The notes: generated from the sequence alone by a model not told the origin. DNA of 55,431 nt from Minisyncoccia bacterium (GCA_044356325.1 JBIKWJ010000005.1:1-55431); one strand, 5' to 3'. Positions 10,046 through 19,373 are shown, numbered from the stretch's first letter. Numbers and translations are program-made.

Positions 10046-12061
10046 TTATTTAGTTACAAAAACTTTAAAAGTATTAACTGCAGGATCTTGAGCTGTTGTT
10101 GTAGAGTTATTGGTGTATCTTACTGTAACTGTATTTGCAGCACTAACCCAAGCCGAAAAATCTCCAGTAAGTGGAACACTACCATTAGGCACTCCCAAAG
10201 AAACCACATCATTAAGAGCAGCCCCTGTTACTGTTACTGTCAAGTTACTAACTGCACCAGCATCAGTAGAAGGAAAATCTAATGAAGCCGCAGCTGTGAG
10301 TCCCTGGTTAATTGTCTGTCTTACAGCTCCAGATGTAGTTAAGAATAGATTAGTACCATCCCATTCTAATGCCCCAGCTTCAGCAGTGGTTAAATTTGTA
10401 CCCGCAGTAAATTTAAGTGGAGAAGTATTAGCAGTAGCAGTACCCGCTCCCAAATTGAGCCGAGCTGTCGGACTTGTGGTACCGATACCGACATTACCGT
10501 TAGCATCAATCCGCATCTTCTCAGTGATAATATTGCTAGAATTTCTGGTACCAAAGGAGAGTATACCCTCATTTATCGACGCTCCATTTATAAGATCAAT
10601 CTGCGCCAGACCCGTCGTTCTTGTTCCCGTAGTGAATCTAAGTCCACTCCTAGCATTCGGAGTAGTAAAGCTGGTTCGCATGGTGATAGCTTCCTCACCC
10701 GAGTCATATCCGGGATCGCTATTTACAGTTACAACATCAATACTTCCTCCATTTGGATTGTTTGCACCGATAACGACATTACCGTTAGCATCAATCCGCA
10801 TCTTCTCAGTGATACTGTTGCTAGAATTTCTGGTACCAAAGGAGAGTATACCCTCATTTATCGACGCTCCATTTACAAGATCGATCTGTGCCAGACCCGT
10901 CGTTCTTGTTCCCGTAGTGAATCTAAGTCCATTCCTAGCATTCGGAGTAGTAAAGTTGGTTCGAATGGTGATAGCTTCCTCACCCGAGTCATATCCGGGA
11001 TCGCTATTATAATTGAAAACGTCAAGAGATCCATTTGGAGTGATTGTACCGATACCGACATTACCATTCGCCAAGACAGTAAGACCAGAACTCGCATTTG
11101 TTGAATTCGATTGAATTCTTGCAACCGTACCAGTTGTACTGGCAGTTAAATTAGCTACGTTTAAAAGAGCAGTCGGTGCCGTCGTACCGATACCCACATT
11201 ACCAGTACCAGTAATTCTCATCCTCTCATTGGCTCCATTAACTCCCGTAAAAAATTTTATATCTTGAGCTGTTGCATTAGTAGTAGCTAATACTAAAGGT
11301 TGTGCACTGGTTGTTCCTAATCTACTACCACTAGTTCCATTCCAAGCATCTGTGGTAGAATTCCCTGCCAATGCCCAATTATTAGTTACTATAGAACTCC
11401 AGCTAACTTGACTAAATTGACCACTACTATTAGCTATAATCACCCTATCAAACCCACTTGGGGTTGAAGAATTAACAATTCCTCCCAATGAAGTAGCTAC
11501 TACATTCCCCGCAACATCTAATGACAATGTATTCGTATTAGTTCCACCACTTGCCGCAACTAATCTTAGAGCATTAATGGATGATAATGCTGATCCAATA
11601 CGGCGGCGAGGATTAAATATTTCTTCGTATGAACCATTATTATCCATATCTAATTGTATCTCTAAATACAAAGAATCATTATTAACAATAGTTGGCAAAA
11701 TGGTGTTTTGACTTCCTAATAATATATCAAATCGCCCATCATTGATTGAGAGAGCAGGAGAAACCCCTGTACCTGAATATGTAACCCCTCCATTTCGAAT
11801 TTCCTCATATACCTGTGTGCCCCCAGTCAAAGCATCCCATAATACAAATTTTGCTCTATAGGTATTATCTGGAAGAACCACTCCTGCATTATTAACCAAA
11901 GTACCAGAATAAGGAATTTGCTGATTTATCCCTGTTCCAGCAGATACTATATTAATTTGCTGAGTAAAAAACATTGCAAAAAAAAGTATTACAATCAAGG
12001 CAATATAGTGTTTTTTTATATTTGATTTATCTATAAGATCTAGATAGTTTTTAACAACCAT
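10046..12061 (-). CDS. secreted/surface repeat protein, tail-fibre-like
   Basis: 671-aa ORF with an N-terminal signal/anchor (ALIVILFFAMFFTQQINIVSA). The GNVGIGT motif (one copy a GNVVIGA variant) occurs four times, and there are two 95-aa tandem repeats. The composition is T/S/N/G-rich and the C-terminus looks like a beta-sandwich. Confidence 0.7.
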   Translation of the reverse strand: MVVKNYLDLIDKSNIKKHYIALIVILFFAMFFTQQINIVSAGTGINQQIPYSGTLVNNAGVVLPDNTYRAKFVLWDALTGGTQVYEEIRNGGVTYSGTGVSPALSINDGRFDILLGSQNTILPTIVNNDSLYLEIQLDMDNNGSYEEIFNPRRRIGSALSSINALRLVAASGGTNTNTLSLDVAGNVVATSLGGIVNSSTPSGFDRVIIANSSGQFSQVSWSSIVTNNWALAGNSTTDAWNGTSGSRLGTTSAQPLVLATTNATAQDIKFFTGVNGANERMRITGTGNVGIGTTAPTALLNVANLTASTTGTVARIQSNSTNASSGLTVLANGNVGIGTITPNGSLDVFNYNSDPGYDSGEEAITIRTNFTTPNARNGLRFTTGTRTTGLAQIDLVNGASINEGILSFGTRNSSNSITEKMRIDANGNVVIGANNPNGGSIDVVTVNSDPGYDSGEEAITMRTSFTTPNARSGLRFTTGTRTTGLAQIDLINGASINEGILSFGTRNSSNIITEKMRIDANGNVGIGTTSPTARLNLGAGTATANTSPLKFTAGTNLTTAEAGALEWDGTNLFLTTSGAVRQTINQGLTAAASLDFPSTDAGAVSNLTVTVTGAALNDVVSLGVPNGSVPLTGDFSAWVSAANTVTVRYTNNSTTTAQDPAVNTFKVFVTK
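10481..11008 (-). repeat. intragenic tandem repeat, period 285 bp (95 aa), two copies
   Basis: 10481-10723 and 10766-11008 align with only a few substitutions (accgata[c/a]cgacattaccgttagcatcaatccgcatcttctcagtgata...). The segment is visibly more GC-rich than the flanks. Confidence 0.9.
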
Positions 12062-12134
12062 GCATTTTTATATTTATTCTATTCATCATTATATATAGTA
12101 TATCATCTCTATCGCCCTATTTCAAATATGTTAT

Positions 12135-12239
12135 TGTGGATAAGTTAAATATCCCCACGATTTGTATATATCATATATTCTTTTCATTAAAACACTCTAT
12201 ATTTTGTTTAAGAATATCGTATTCTAGCATTGTGGATAA
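12135..12239. promoter_or_regulatory. two perfect DnaA-box 9-mers (TTATCCACA, written tgtggataa on the plus strand)
   Basis: tgtggataa at 12135-12143 and 12231-12239, both inside attgtggataaNtt. The second ends 8 nt before the -35 of the pilin promoter. Confidence 0.5.
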
Positions 12240-12246
12240 CTTTCTC

Positions 12247-12275
12247 TTGACAGATTTTTAAATTAATAATACTAT
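12247..12275 (+). promoter_or_regulatory. sigma-70-type promoter of the pilin gene
   Basis: TTGACA (12247-12252), a 17-nt spacer, then TACTAT (12270-12275), about 36 nt upstream of the ATG at 12312. Confidence 0.6.
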
Positions 12276-12311
12276 TAATTCAGAGTTACCATTTAACTAA
12301 TTAAAACTCAT

Positions 12312-12890
12312 ATGAATATAGTATCAGTCCCACAAAGAAAAGGTTTTACATTATTAGAAATTCTGTTAGTTATTGCTGCTATTGGTATTTTAGCTGCCAT
12401 TGTACTTGTAGCTATTAACCCTACTCGTCAACTTGCCCAAGCTCGAAATGCACAACGTAGAGCTGATGTATTAACAATTAGTAATGCTATTAATCAATTC
12501 TTGATAGCAAATAATGGAACCCTGCCAACTGGTATCAACACTACACCAAAAAACATTATAAATACAACTGCAACTCCTACTTCTTGTACTACTCGAAGTG
12601 TTGTGTCAACTGCGTCATTTACTGCATCGACTGGTGGTACACCAGCAACTGGTACCGTAGCTAGTGGGGCAACATATGGTTTATCCTCCACTCTTGATAT
12701 AGTTAATTTGGCTGCAATACTTAGCCCTGATTATATTGCTTCTATACCTAGAGATCCACAATCAGCTACTACGGGAGCTGAGGTGGGATGTACTGACTAT
12801 ATTGTTCAAGCGGGTGACGTTACCAATAGTAGAACAACTGTATTTGCTCCAAGAGCCGAACTAAGTACTGTTATATCTGTTACAAGATAA
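12312..12890 (+). CDS. type IV pilin / GspG-like pseudopilin (major-pilin candidate)
   Basis: Class III signal RKG|FTLLEILLVIAAIGILAAIV with Glu at +5, then INPTRQ...DV..ISNAINQF. Paralogous to the 35219..35653 gene. Confidence 0.85.
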   Translation: MNIVSVPQRKGFTLLEILLVIAAIGILAAIVLVAINPTRQLAQARNAQRRADVLTISNAINQFLIANNGTLPTGINTTPKNIINTTATPTSCTTRSVVSTASFTASTGGTPATGTVASGATYGLSSTLDIVNLAAILSPDYIASIPRDPQSATTGAEVGCTDYIVQAGDVTNSRTTVFAPRAELSTVISVTR

Positions 12891-12910
12891 GTAAAATTCT
12901 ATCTTATAAT

Positions 12911-12947
12911 AAAAGAAGTCTTAATAAGGCTTCTTTTATTATTTTTT
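12911..12947 (+). terminator. rho-independent terminator of the pilin gene
   Basis: Stem aaagaagtc / ggcttcttt with loop ttaataa, followed by ttattatttttt. The single non-Watson-Crick pair is a G-U on the plus-strand RNA but an A-C on the minus strand. Confidence 0.65.
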
Positions 12948-12982
12948 ATATCAGAAAATGAAATATATTATTGAAAAGATTA

Positions 12983-14374
12983 TTACGCTGCAATAATATG
13001 AGTTAATGTATCTCTTATATCTTCCATAATAGCTTGAGTTTTACCCTCGACAATAAGTCTCAATACAGGCTCAGTATTAGAAGCTCGTACTGAAAACCAA
13101 TATTCAGGATAATCTATTCTAATTCCATCTAATTCATTCAAATTACCTTCACTAAATTCTTGTTTAATCTCTTCTAATATATCTTCTTTTGGTCTTGATA
13201 TTTCAAAATTAATCTCTCCTGAATGACTATACGGGAATAGAGGCTCGGTTAACTGTTGTAGGCTGAGTTCATTCTCAGATAATAATTCAATGATTTTGAG
13301 TATCACAAATAGTGGATTTTCAAAATAGGCATGCTTACCGTCTTTGATGACATCAAGATAAAAATGTCCTGAGAATTCTCCTGCAAAAAATGCTTTTTCC
13401 ACTCTCATCTGAGCTTTGATAAAAGAATGTCCAACTCGGGTTTGTAAAGCAATACCTCCCTGCCTCACAATTTCCTCAGGAGTAATATTGGATGAGCGTA
13501 AATCATATAATATTTTAGTCCCCTCACGCCCAATTAATAGTATTTGAGCTAATAGAGCTGTCGCAATATCTGGTCTAATGGTACGACCCGTATTATCGAC
13601 AAATGATACTCTATCAAAATCTCCATCTCCTGCTATTCCAAAATCCGCCCCTAATTCTTGTATTTTTGCCTTGAGGGCTATTAAGGTTTCATCTTTGAGG
13701 GGATTGGCCTCGTGATGCGGGAAATTGCCATCTAATTCGGGATAGAGATAAGTCACTTGTAATTGGGGGAAATGATCAAGAAAAGCTTTAATAGCAGGAT
13801 ATCCCATTCCATTGGCAGTGTCTACAACAATCTTAAGTGGCTGTATGGTAATTGATTTATTACGATATTCTAATACATTTTGTATATAATCCTCAAGAGT
13901 ATGCGTTTTCTCGCTTTCAATAATTACTTTATGTTCTAAATTCTCTATATTATCCCCCATTACATTATCTCGCATTTCATATATGCCTGTATCTCCTGAT
14001 ACTGGTATTGCCTGTTCTTTTACTATTTTGAACCCATTATATGCAGCCGGATTATGAGAAGCTGTAATCATTATCCCTCCATCTACACCATATTCTAATA
14101 CGGCATAATAAAACATTGGTGTTGAAGCAAGCCCAATATTAATTATATGTATATTCTCATCTGCAAGCCCTTGTTTTAATTCTTGTTCTAGCTTTATTCC
14201 TGATTCTCGCATATCTCGAGCAATCACTACTTTAAGCTCGGGTCTATTAGGGTATTCTTTACGCAAAAATTGACCATATGCCCGGCCTAATCGATATGCT
14301 GTCTCTTCTGTGAGTTCACTTCCATATAAACCCCTAATATCATAAGCTTTAAAGATATTGGAATTTGTATGCAT
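12983..14374 (-). CDS. phosphohexomutase (phosphoglucomutase/phosphomannomutase family)
   Basis: Active-site loop TASHNPAAYNGFK, Mg loop GDGDFDR, sugar loop GEFSGH. Confidence 0.85.
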   Translation of the reverse strand: MHTNSNIFKAYDIRGLYGSELTEETAYRLGRAYGQFLRKEYPNRPELKVVIARDMRESGIKLEQELKQGLADENIHIINIGLASTPMFYYAVLEYGVDGGIMITASHNPAAYNGFKIVKEQAIPVSGDTGIYEMRDNVMGDNIENLEHKVIIESEKTHTLEDYIQNVLEYRNKSITIQPLKIVVDTANGMGYPAIKAFLDHFPQLQVTYLYPELDGNFPHHEANPLKDETLIALKAKIQELGADFGIAGDGDFDRVSFVDNTGRTIRPDIATALLAQILLIGREGTKILYDLRSSNITPEEIVRQGGIALQTRVGHSFIKAQMRVEKAFFAGEFSGHFYLDVIKDGKHAYFENPLFVILKIIELLSENELSLQQLTEPLFPYSHSGEINFEISRPKEDILEEIKQEFSEGNLNELDGIRIDYPEYWFSVRASNTEPVLRLIVEGKTQAIMEDIRDTLTHIIAA

Positions 14375-14408
14375 AGCAATTTTTAATTAATTTATTTGTT
14401 CATTCTTG

Positions 14409-14481
14409 TGCCCCGAGTAAGACTTGCACTTACGACACCAGGTTCTTCAGACCTGTGCTCTACTACCTGAGCTATCGAGGC
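14409..14481 (-). tRNA. tRNA-Phe (GAA), with a non-canonical A18 and G55
   Basis: Hand-folded cloverleaf: GCCTCGA TA GCTC AGGTAGTA GAGC A CAGGT CTGAAGA ACCTG GTGTC GTAAG TGCAAGT CTTAC TCGGGGC A. No CCA is encoded. Confidence 0.85.
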
Positions 14482-15083
14482 ATTACTATCTCATTATCTG
14501 ATGAAATCACGGATTTGTCAATAAGTATATGGCTATTATTATGTTCTAATATATCTAATACAAATTTATCAAACATATTTTGTCTATATTCAAACTCTTT
14601 TACTGTTAATACTGTATAGGTTATTTCCTGGGCTAATTCTGCTTCTATATCTTGTATTAATACTTCAAATTTTTTCTCATTGACATCATCTGCAACCAAG
14701 AACATATCAATTCTATCATTTTCTCGCTGAAGAAAAGCTCCCATCACAATACATATATATATATTTCCAATCTTGTCAAGCTTTTGACTAAAGGCCTCAA
14801 AAAATGATTGACTGAGCCGGAATATTACTGACTCTAATGCCAATACTTCCTCTATAGGATTTAATATATAAGTTATCTGCTTTTTATCCTTAATTTCTTG
14901 AATAATATTATACTTTATTGCCTGTCTTAATTCTGTTTTTAATGTATTAGTTGCAATATGAGTTTTGGCTATTAATTCATCCAGAGTAAATCCTTGTGTA
15001 CGGTCTTTCAAAAATACTTTTAATATTTTTACTTTTTCAATTCCCAATAAATATACTAATGGACTTTTGACACTCAGAGACAT
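14472..15083 (-). CDS. hypothetical protein, winged-helix N-terminus plus nucleotidyltransferase-like C-terminus
   Basis: 203-aa ORF with an HTH-like segment (FTLDELIAKTHIATNTLKTELRQAIKYNII) and a later G..(n)..DRIDMFLVADD pattern. The last 10 nt overlap the 5' end of tRNA-Phe. Confidence 0.5.
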   Translation of the reverse strand: MSLSVKSPLVYLLGIEKVKILKVFLKDRTQGFTLDELIAKTHIATNTLKTELRQAIKYNIIQEIKDKKQITYILNPIEEVLALESVIFRLSQSFFEAFSQKLDKIGNIYICIVMGAFLQRENDRIDMFLVADDVNEKKFEVLIQDIEAELAQEITYTVLTVKEFEYRQNMFDKFVLDILEHNNSHILIDKSVISSDNEIVMPR

Positions 15084-15124
15084 AGGCGGTAATTATCAAT
15101 CTTTATTCTATTGTACCCAAAATA

Positions 15125-15637
15125 TTAAGATAAATCAAATATTTTAAGCTCTTGCTGTATTTTTTGATATACTTCATTTAATACTATTTGATCTTCGGAA
15201 TATATAGGCCTTAACACAAAATCTTGAGCTTTTTTACCAATAAATCGCTCTGCTCTAATTCCAATGCGTATACGCTTTACTTCTTGGGATATATGATTAA
15301 AAATTGAATCTATGCCATGATGTCCACCACTTCCTCTATTGGATTGAATTTTATATTGTCCCAATGTAATATCTGAGTCATCATGAATAATAAAAATATC
15401 ACTATCTTCAATATCATAATATTGTTTTACCGCAAGTACCGCCTTTCCAGAATCATTCATATAGGTATGAGGCTTCAAATAGAAGACATTTCCTTGTTGA
15501 TATATTTCACCTAAAAATTGTTTTTTTATCTTGAATACTGTTTGATTAGCAATAAAATCAAGAAAGTCAAATCCAATATTATGATAGCTATTTTTATAGT
15601 TCTCTCCAATATTTCCAAGTCCAACTATTAATTTCAT
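15125..15637 (-). CDS. pth: peptidyl-tRNA hydrolase
   Basis: MKLIVGLGNIGENYKNSYHNIGF and HDDSDI motifs. Confidence 0.9.
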   Translation of the reverse strand: MKLIVGLGNIGENYKNSYHNIGFDFLDFIANQTVFKIKKQFLGEIYQQGNVFYLKPHTYMNDSGKAVLAVKQYYDIEDSDIFIIHDDSDITLGQYKIQSNRGSGGHHGIDSIFNHISQEVKRIRIGIRAERFIGKKAQDFVLRPIYSEDQIVLNEVYQKIQQELKIFDLS

Positions 15638-15640
15638 AGT

Positions 15641-16990
15641 TTAAAATATTATATCTGATGCAATATATAGTATGGGGATATTAGTATCTAAACTAATGGT
15701 ATCATTAATATCAGCCTTGAATACTGACTGGAGATATTCATTGGATATATTGGAATCTGTAGTCTTATCTGTCTCAGTATTATATGGTTTATTACCCGTA
15801 TATAAGGTGTTGATATTTGGATCACTAGATAATGGAGTGCTACTTAAACTTAATACTTTAATAGTAAATCCTCGAGCTTCTAGGAATTCTTGTATATGCT
15901 TTTTTTGTATAGGAGTAATAGTATCTCCCCATATAATATTTAATTGAGACTTTGCTTTTATAAGTTTGGTAATTTTATCTTGATAAGCTTTGATATCATT
16001 AATATTGATAATTTCTTCTTTAATCTCGAGATAATTTTGCTCTCCTATACGAGGTTCAATAATATAGCCCCTATTAGCACCAAATTGTCTATACCCCTCT
16101 TTCATATTCCCAGTTAAAAGATTTTGGCCAATTACAACAGAGTTAATAGTATAATCTTTACTGTCTTTATAGGTATCATAAAAATCTTTGCTATCTGTTA
16201 GAGACAAATCTGTTTTGAGAGAATCTTTTGCAATTCCTAATAATGATACAATTTTAGGAGCATCAAGAATTGGATTTAGACTAAATATTCTGTCCTTTAC
16301 ATTGCTCAAAATTTGCTGTTGCCGTCGAGATCTATCTAAATCCCCTCCTTTTGAAGTGTAGCGACTACGAGCATATTTGAGTGCTGTCTCTCCATTTAAT
16401 ATCTGCAATCCTGGCTGTATGGTAAACCTCTGATAACTATAATTAGGTCCTGGATAATACGGGTCATCAATAGCTTCTTTTACATCCACTTCTATTCCTC
16501 CCAATTTATCTACAAGGGATACAAAACCTTCAAAATCTACTTCAGCATAATGATCAAAGGTTATGCCTGTTATTTCTGTAATTTTATCTTGCAATACCTT
16601 GATTGACTCCGCTTCTGTTTTACCCTCCGCAATTGCATCTATATAAACAGCATTTAATTTACTATAATTCCCTTTTTTATCAAATACCAACATATCTCTC
16701 GGGAGGGATATAAGATGAATTTGATTTTCTTTATTCAATATTTGAGCGATCATAATAGTATCAGTCAGACCACCCCCATCATGATTTTTTCCCCCAGCGC
16801 CAAGTAATAATATAGTTTCTTTATCTGACTTTTGTTGTGACTGCTCTTTTTGATTATTAGGATTAATATTTTGTATTAAAGGAATATCTTGAGCATAATT
16901 AGATACAGCCCAAGCACCAACTCCCACAATACTTGAGGCTAATAAGAATGCACTGGCTGCTAATAAAGCTGTATGTTTCCTCTTAGACAT
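15641..16990 (-). CDS. LytR-CpsA-Psr (LCP) family cell-envelope phosphotransferase
   Basis: N-terminal TM helix, LCP core (ILLLGAGG...DTIMIAQI...LISLPRDMLV...LNAVY) and a long C-terminal extension. Confidence 0.8.
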   Translation of the reverse strand: MSKRKHTALLAASAFLLASSIVGVGAWAVSNYAQDIPLIQNINPNNQKEQSQQKSDKETILLLGAGGKNHDGGGLTDTIMIAQILNKENQIHLISLPRDMLVFDKKGNYSKLNAVYIDAIAEGKTEAESIKVLQDKITEITGITFDHYAEVDFEGFVSLVDKLGGIEVDVKEAIDDPYYPGPNYSYQRFTIQPGLQILNGETALKYARSRYTSKGGDLDRSRRQQQILSNVKDRIFSLNPILDAPKIVSLLGIAKDSLKTDLSLTDSKDFYDTYKDSKDYTINSVVIGQNLLTGNMKEGYRQFGANRGYIIEPRIGEQNYLEIKEEIININDIKAYQDKITKLIKAKSQLNIIWGDTITPIQKKHIQEFLEARGFTIKVLSLSSTPLSSDPNINTLYTGNKPYNTETDKTTDSNISNEYLQSVFKADINDTISLDTNIPILYIASDIIF

Positions 16991-18222
16991 TATTGTTTAC
17001 TTACTTTATATACTACTCCATTTTTTTGATCAGTAATAATCATACTCCCATTACTATCAAAAGCTATACCTGTTGGTTGTCCCCATATATCTCCCTCATC
17101 TGAAAGCCATCCTGTGATAAAGTTCTTTGCTGCCATTGGCTTATTAATATCTTTAATGACTATTTTATATCCTTTTGGAATTGATTTACTCTGCCCTCCC
17201 TGATATACAAACACATAATTATTTTTGAAAGTTGGGGGGAAAGAATCAGGAATTGCATCAAACCCAATCACATTATTACCTTGTGGTAATTCTGCTATTG
17301 AGTACTCTGATTTTGTTTTACAGAAATCAGTTTTATCTGGATATTTAGGGTCTATATTTCCAGCTCCATAACAATAAGGCCAACCATAATCTTTGCCTTC
17401 TTCCACTTTATTAAGTTCAACCAAAGGAAGCCCATTATCTATACCAGAACGTCCCATATCAGTAACTAATAAATAATTATCTACGGGCAATATATCTGTA
17501 ATTTGTTTTAACCCCTTTGCAAATAATTGCTCATCCTTGCCCTCAAGATTAAATGATATAATACTTCCTCTACGCTGATCTTTTAATTTACAAGATTCAC
17601 AATTTGATGGGATACCTATATATATTCTATCATCTCTAAGAGCAATGGTATTATGACTATTTTGTTGAGGTTTTGGTAAATTATTAATTAATGTTTTACG
17701 TTCTTTATAACTTCCATCAGATTGTATATCTGAATAACTCATCACTTTAGTATCTGTTGTAATATATACTATTCCCTTGTAGTAATCAAGACCATATATA
17801 TTATTAAGATTAGTATCTACTTTTTTTGCCTCTCGGGGATTTGATACTGGTAATATCCATAATGTATTTGCTTTATTATCTGTAACAAATAAATTTCCCT
17901 TATCATCTAATTTTACTAATTGTGGGGATTTAAGTCCCTGAGACAATACACTAATATTGAATTCAGCTGGAAGATATAATGTTTGTTTTTTATCTTTTAT
18001 ATTAATAATTTGTGGCTTAAGACCATTTAATACAGGCTCTTCTATTGACTCTTTTGAAATGAGATTATTCCTTTGTATTTGTTCTGTACGAAATTGTTGA
18101 ATACGTTGATTTTGAGAAAAAATCCAAATAAACACTCCTATTACTATCAGTATAGTAATACTATAATATAGGTATTTTGATTGTATACGTAATTTCATAT
18201 CAATAATATATAATTTTATCAT
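16990..18222 (-). CDS. beta-propeller protein, PQQ-dependent sugar (glucose/sorbosone) dehydrogenase-like
   Basis: 410-aa ORF with an N-terminal TM helix and the GWPYCYG motif typical of that family. An alternative start at 18198 is possible. Confidence 0.55.
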   Translation of the reverse strand: MIKLYIIDMKLRIQSKYLYYSITILIVIGVFIWIFSQNQRIQQFRTEQIQRNNLISKESIEEPVLNGLKPQIINIKDKKQTLYLPAEFNISVLSQGLKSPQLVKLDDKGNLFVTDNKANTLWILPVSNPREAKKVDTNLNNIYGLDYYKGIVYITTDTKVMSYSDIQSDGSYKERKTLINNLPKPQQNSHNTIALRDDRIYIGIPSNCESCKLKDQRRGSIISFNLEGKDEQLFAKGLKQITDILPVDNYLLVTDMGRSGIDNGLPLVELNKVEEGKDYGWPYCYGAGNIDPKYPDKTDFCKTKSEYSIAELPQGNNVIGFDAIPDSFPPTFKNNYVFVYQGGQSKSIPKGYKIVIKDINKPMAAKNFITGWLSDEGDIWGQPTGIAFDSNGSMIITDQKNGVVYKVSKQ

Positions 18223-18305
18223 ATCATATTTACTATGACATTTCTATCTTCCTTCACAAATAGCTAACTCTATATTATACTTAAAATAATCTAAATTATA
18301 TTCAT

Positions 18306-18770
18306 ATGACTAATCCAAAAGAAATACTGATATCTGTAGAAAAATCAACTGAAAAAATTACTAAAATCGTTCCTGAAATTGACCCTAATCAAATCAAAAA
18401 ACAAGGATTTGATTTTCTTCAAGAATTCAAAGCTTTCGCCTTACAGGGAAATGTAATTGATTTAGCTATTGGTATTATTATTGGAGCTTCCTTTAATTCT
18501 TTAATTCAATCTTTGGTAAAAGATCTTATTATGCCTATATTTGGTTGGCTTATGGGTGGTACTAATTTTTCTAGCCTTTATATTTCTCTTAATGGATCAT
18601 ATAATACTTTAGCTGAAGCTCAAGCAGCAAAAGCTCCCCTCATTATGTATGGTCTATTTATTAATGAGATTATTAATTTCCTTATTATATCTTTTTCTAT
18701 TTTCCTTGTACTCAAAATATTCCTAAGAGGAAAGGCTGAATCTATTATTGACTCAAAAAAGAAAAAATAA
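18306..18770 (+). CDS. mscL: large-conductance mechanosensitive channel
   Basis: [23 protein letters not shown] signature, two TM helices. Confidence 0.9.
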   Translation: MTNPKEILISVEKSTEKITKIVPEIDPNQIKKQGFDFLQEFKAFALQGNVIDLAIGIIIGASFNSLIQSLVKDLIMPIFGWLMGGTNFSSLYISLNGSYNTLAEAQAAKAPLIMYGLFINEIINFLIISFSIFLVLKIFLRGKAESIIDSKKKK

Positions 18771-18779
18771 TTATTTTCT

Positions 18780-19373
18780 TTATTCTAAAATTCCATCTAG
18801 ATTTACATCATAGAGAATCCTCTCATTAGCAAGACGATATTTGATAATCTCTGTTTCGCTAAACCATAATTGTATTTCCCTCTCCGCTTCTGATACTTGA
18901 TCAGAACAATGTAAAAGATTTCTCACGGCTCTTGATGAAGAATTTGCAAGAGAATAAGTATCGACGGTATAATCTCCACGAATAGTACCAACATCTGAAG
19001 TTAAGGGTTCCGTTCCTCCTACAAGTTTTTTGACAATACCTACCGCTTGATTACCTTGAACTACAAAAGCGATAACAGGACCTGATGTCATAAATTCGAT
19101 ATTTGCTCTCAGGATATCTTTCCCATATTCAATAGCCTCTTTTTCTATTGGAAGTCCTTGTGCTGTTCGAGATTCAATAGCAGTAGTACCTTTTGCGATA
19201 AACCAAGCATCATCCTTATTATAATGTTGCCATAATACATCTTCACTCGCTATAATGAGCTTTAATGCTGTAATTTTGAGCCCTGTTCTCTCAATACGAG
19301 AAATAATATCTCCTATTAATCCTCTTTGAACTCCATCTGGTTTTACAATTACTAATGTTTGCTCTTTAATCAT
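18780..19373 (-). CDS. ndk: nucleoside-diphosphate kinase (long form)
   Basis: TLVIVKPDGVQRGLIGDIISRIE and NLLHCSD (catalytic His) motifs. Confidence 0.85.
   Translation of the reverse strand: MIKEQTLVIVKPDGVQRGLIGDIISRIERTGLKITALKLIIASEDVLWQHYNKDDAWFIAKGTTAIESRTAQGLPIEKEAIEYGKDILRANIEFMTSGPVIAFVVQGNQAVGIVKKLVGGTEPLTSDVGTIRGDYTVDTYSLANSSSRAVRNLLHCSDQVSEAEREIQLWFSETEIIKYRLANERILYDVNLDGILE

Noticed and set aside
10110-11012. 300-aa plus-strand ORF (plus smaller ones at 10088, 10390 and 10873) opposite the repeat-protein gene
   Set aside because: It lies entirely antisense to a much longer ORF that has a signal peptide and coherent domain structure. Its product is low-complexity (P/V/S/A-rich) and simply mirrors the GC-rich tandem repeat, so it is an antisense artefact.
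12062-12311. The two perfect DnaA boxes as the chromosomal replication origin
   Set aside because: No dnaA or dnaN gene is nearby, only two boxes are present, and gene orientation does not switch here; genes on both sides remain predominantly minus-strand. I kept it as a possible regulatory motif instead.
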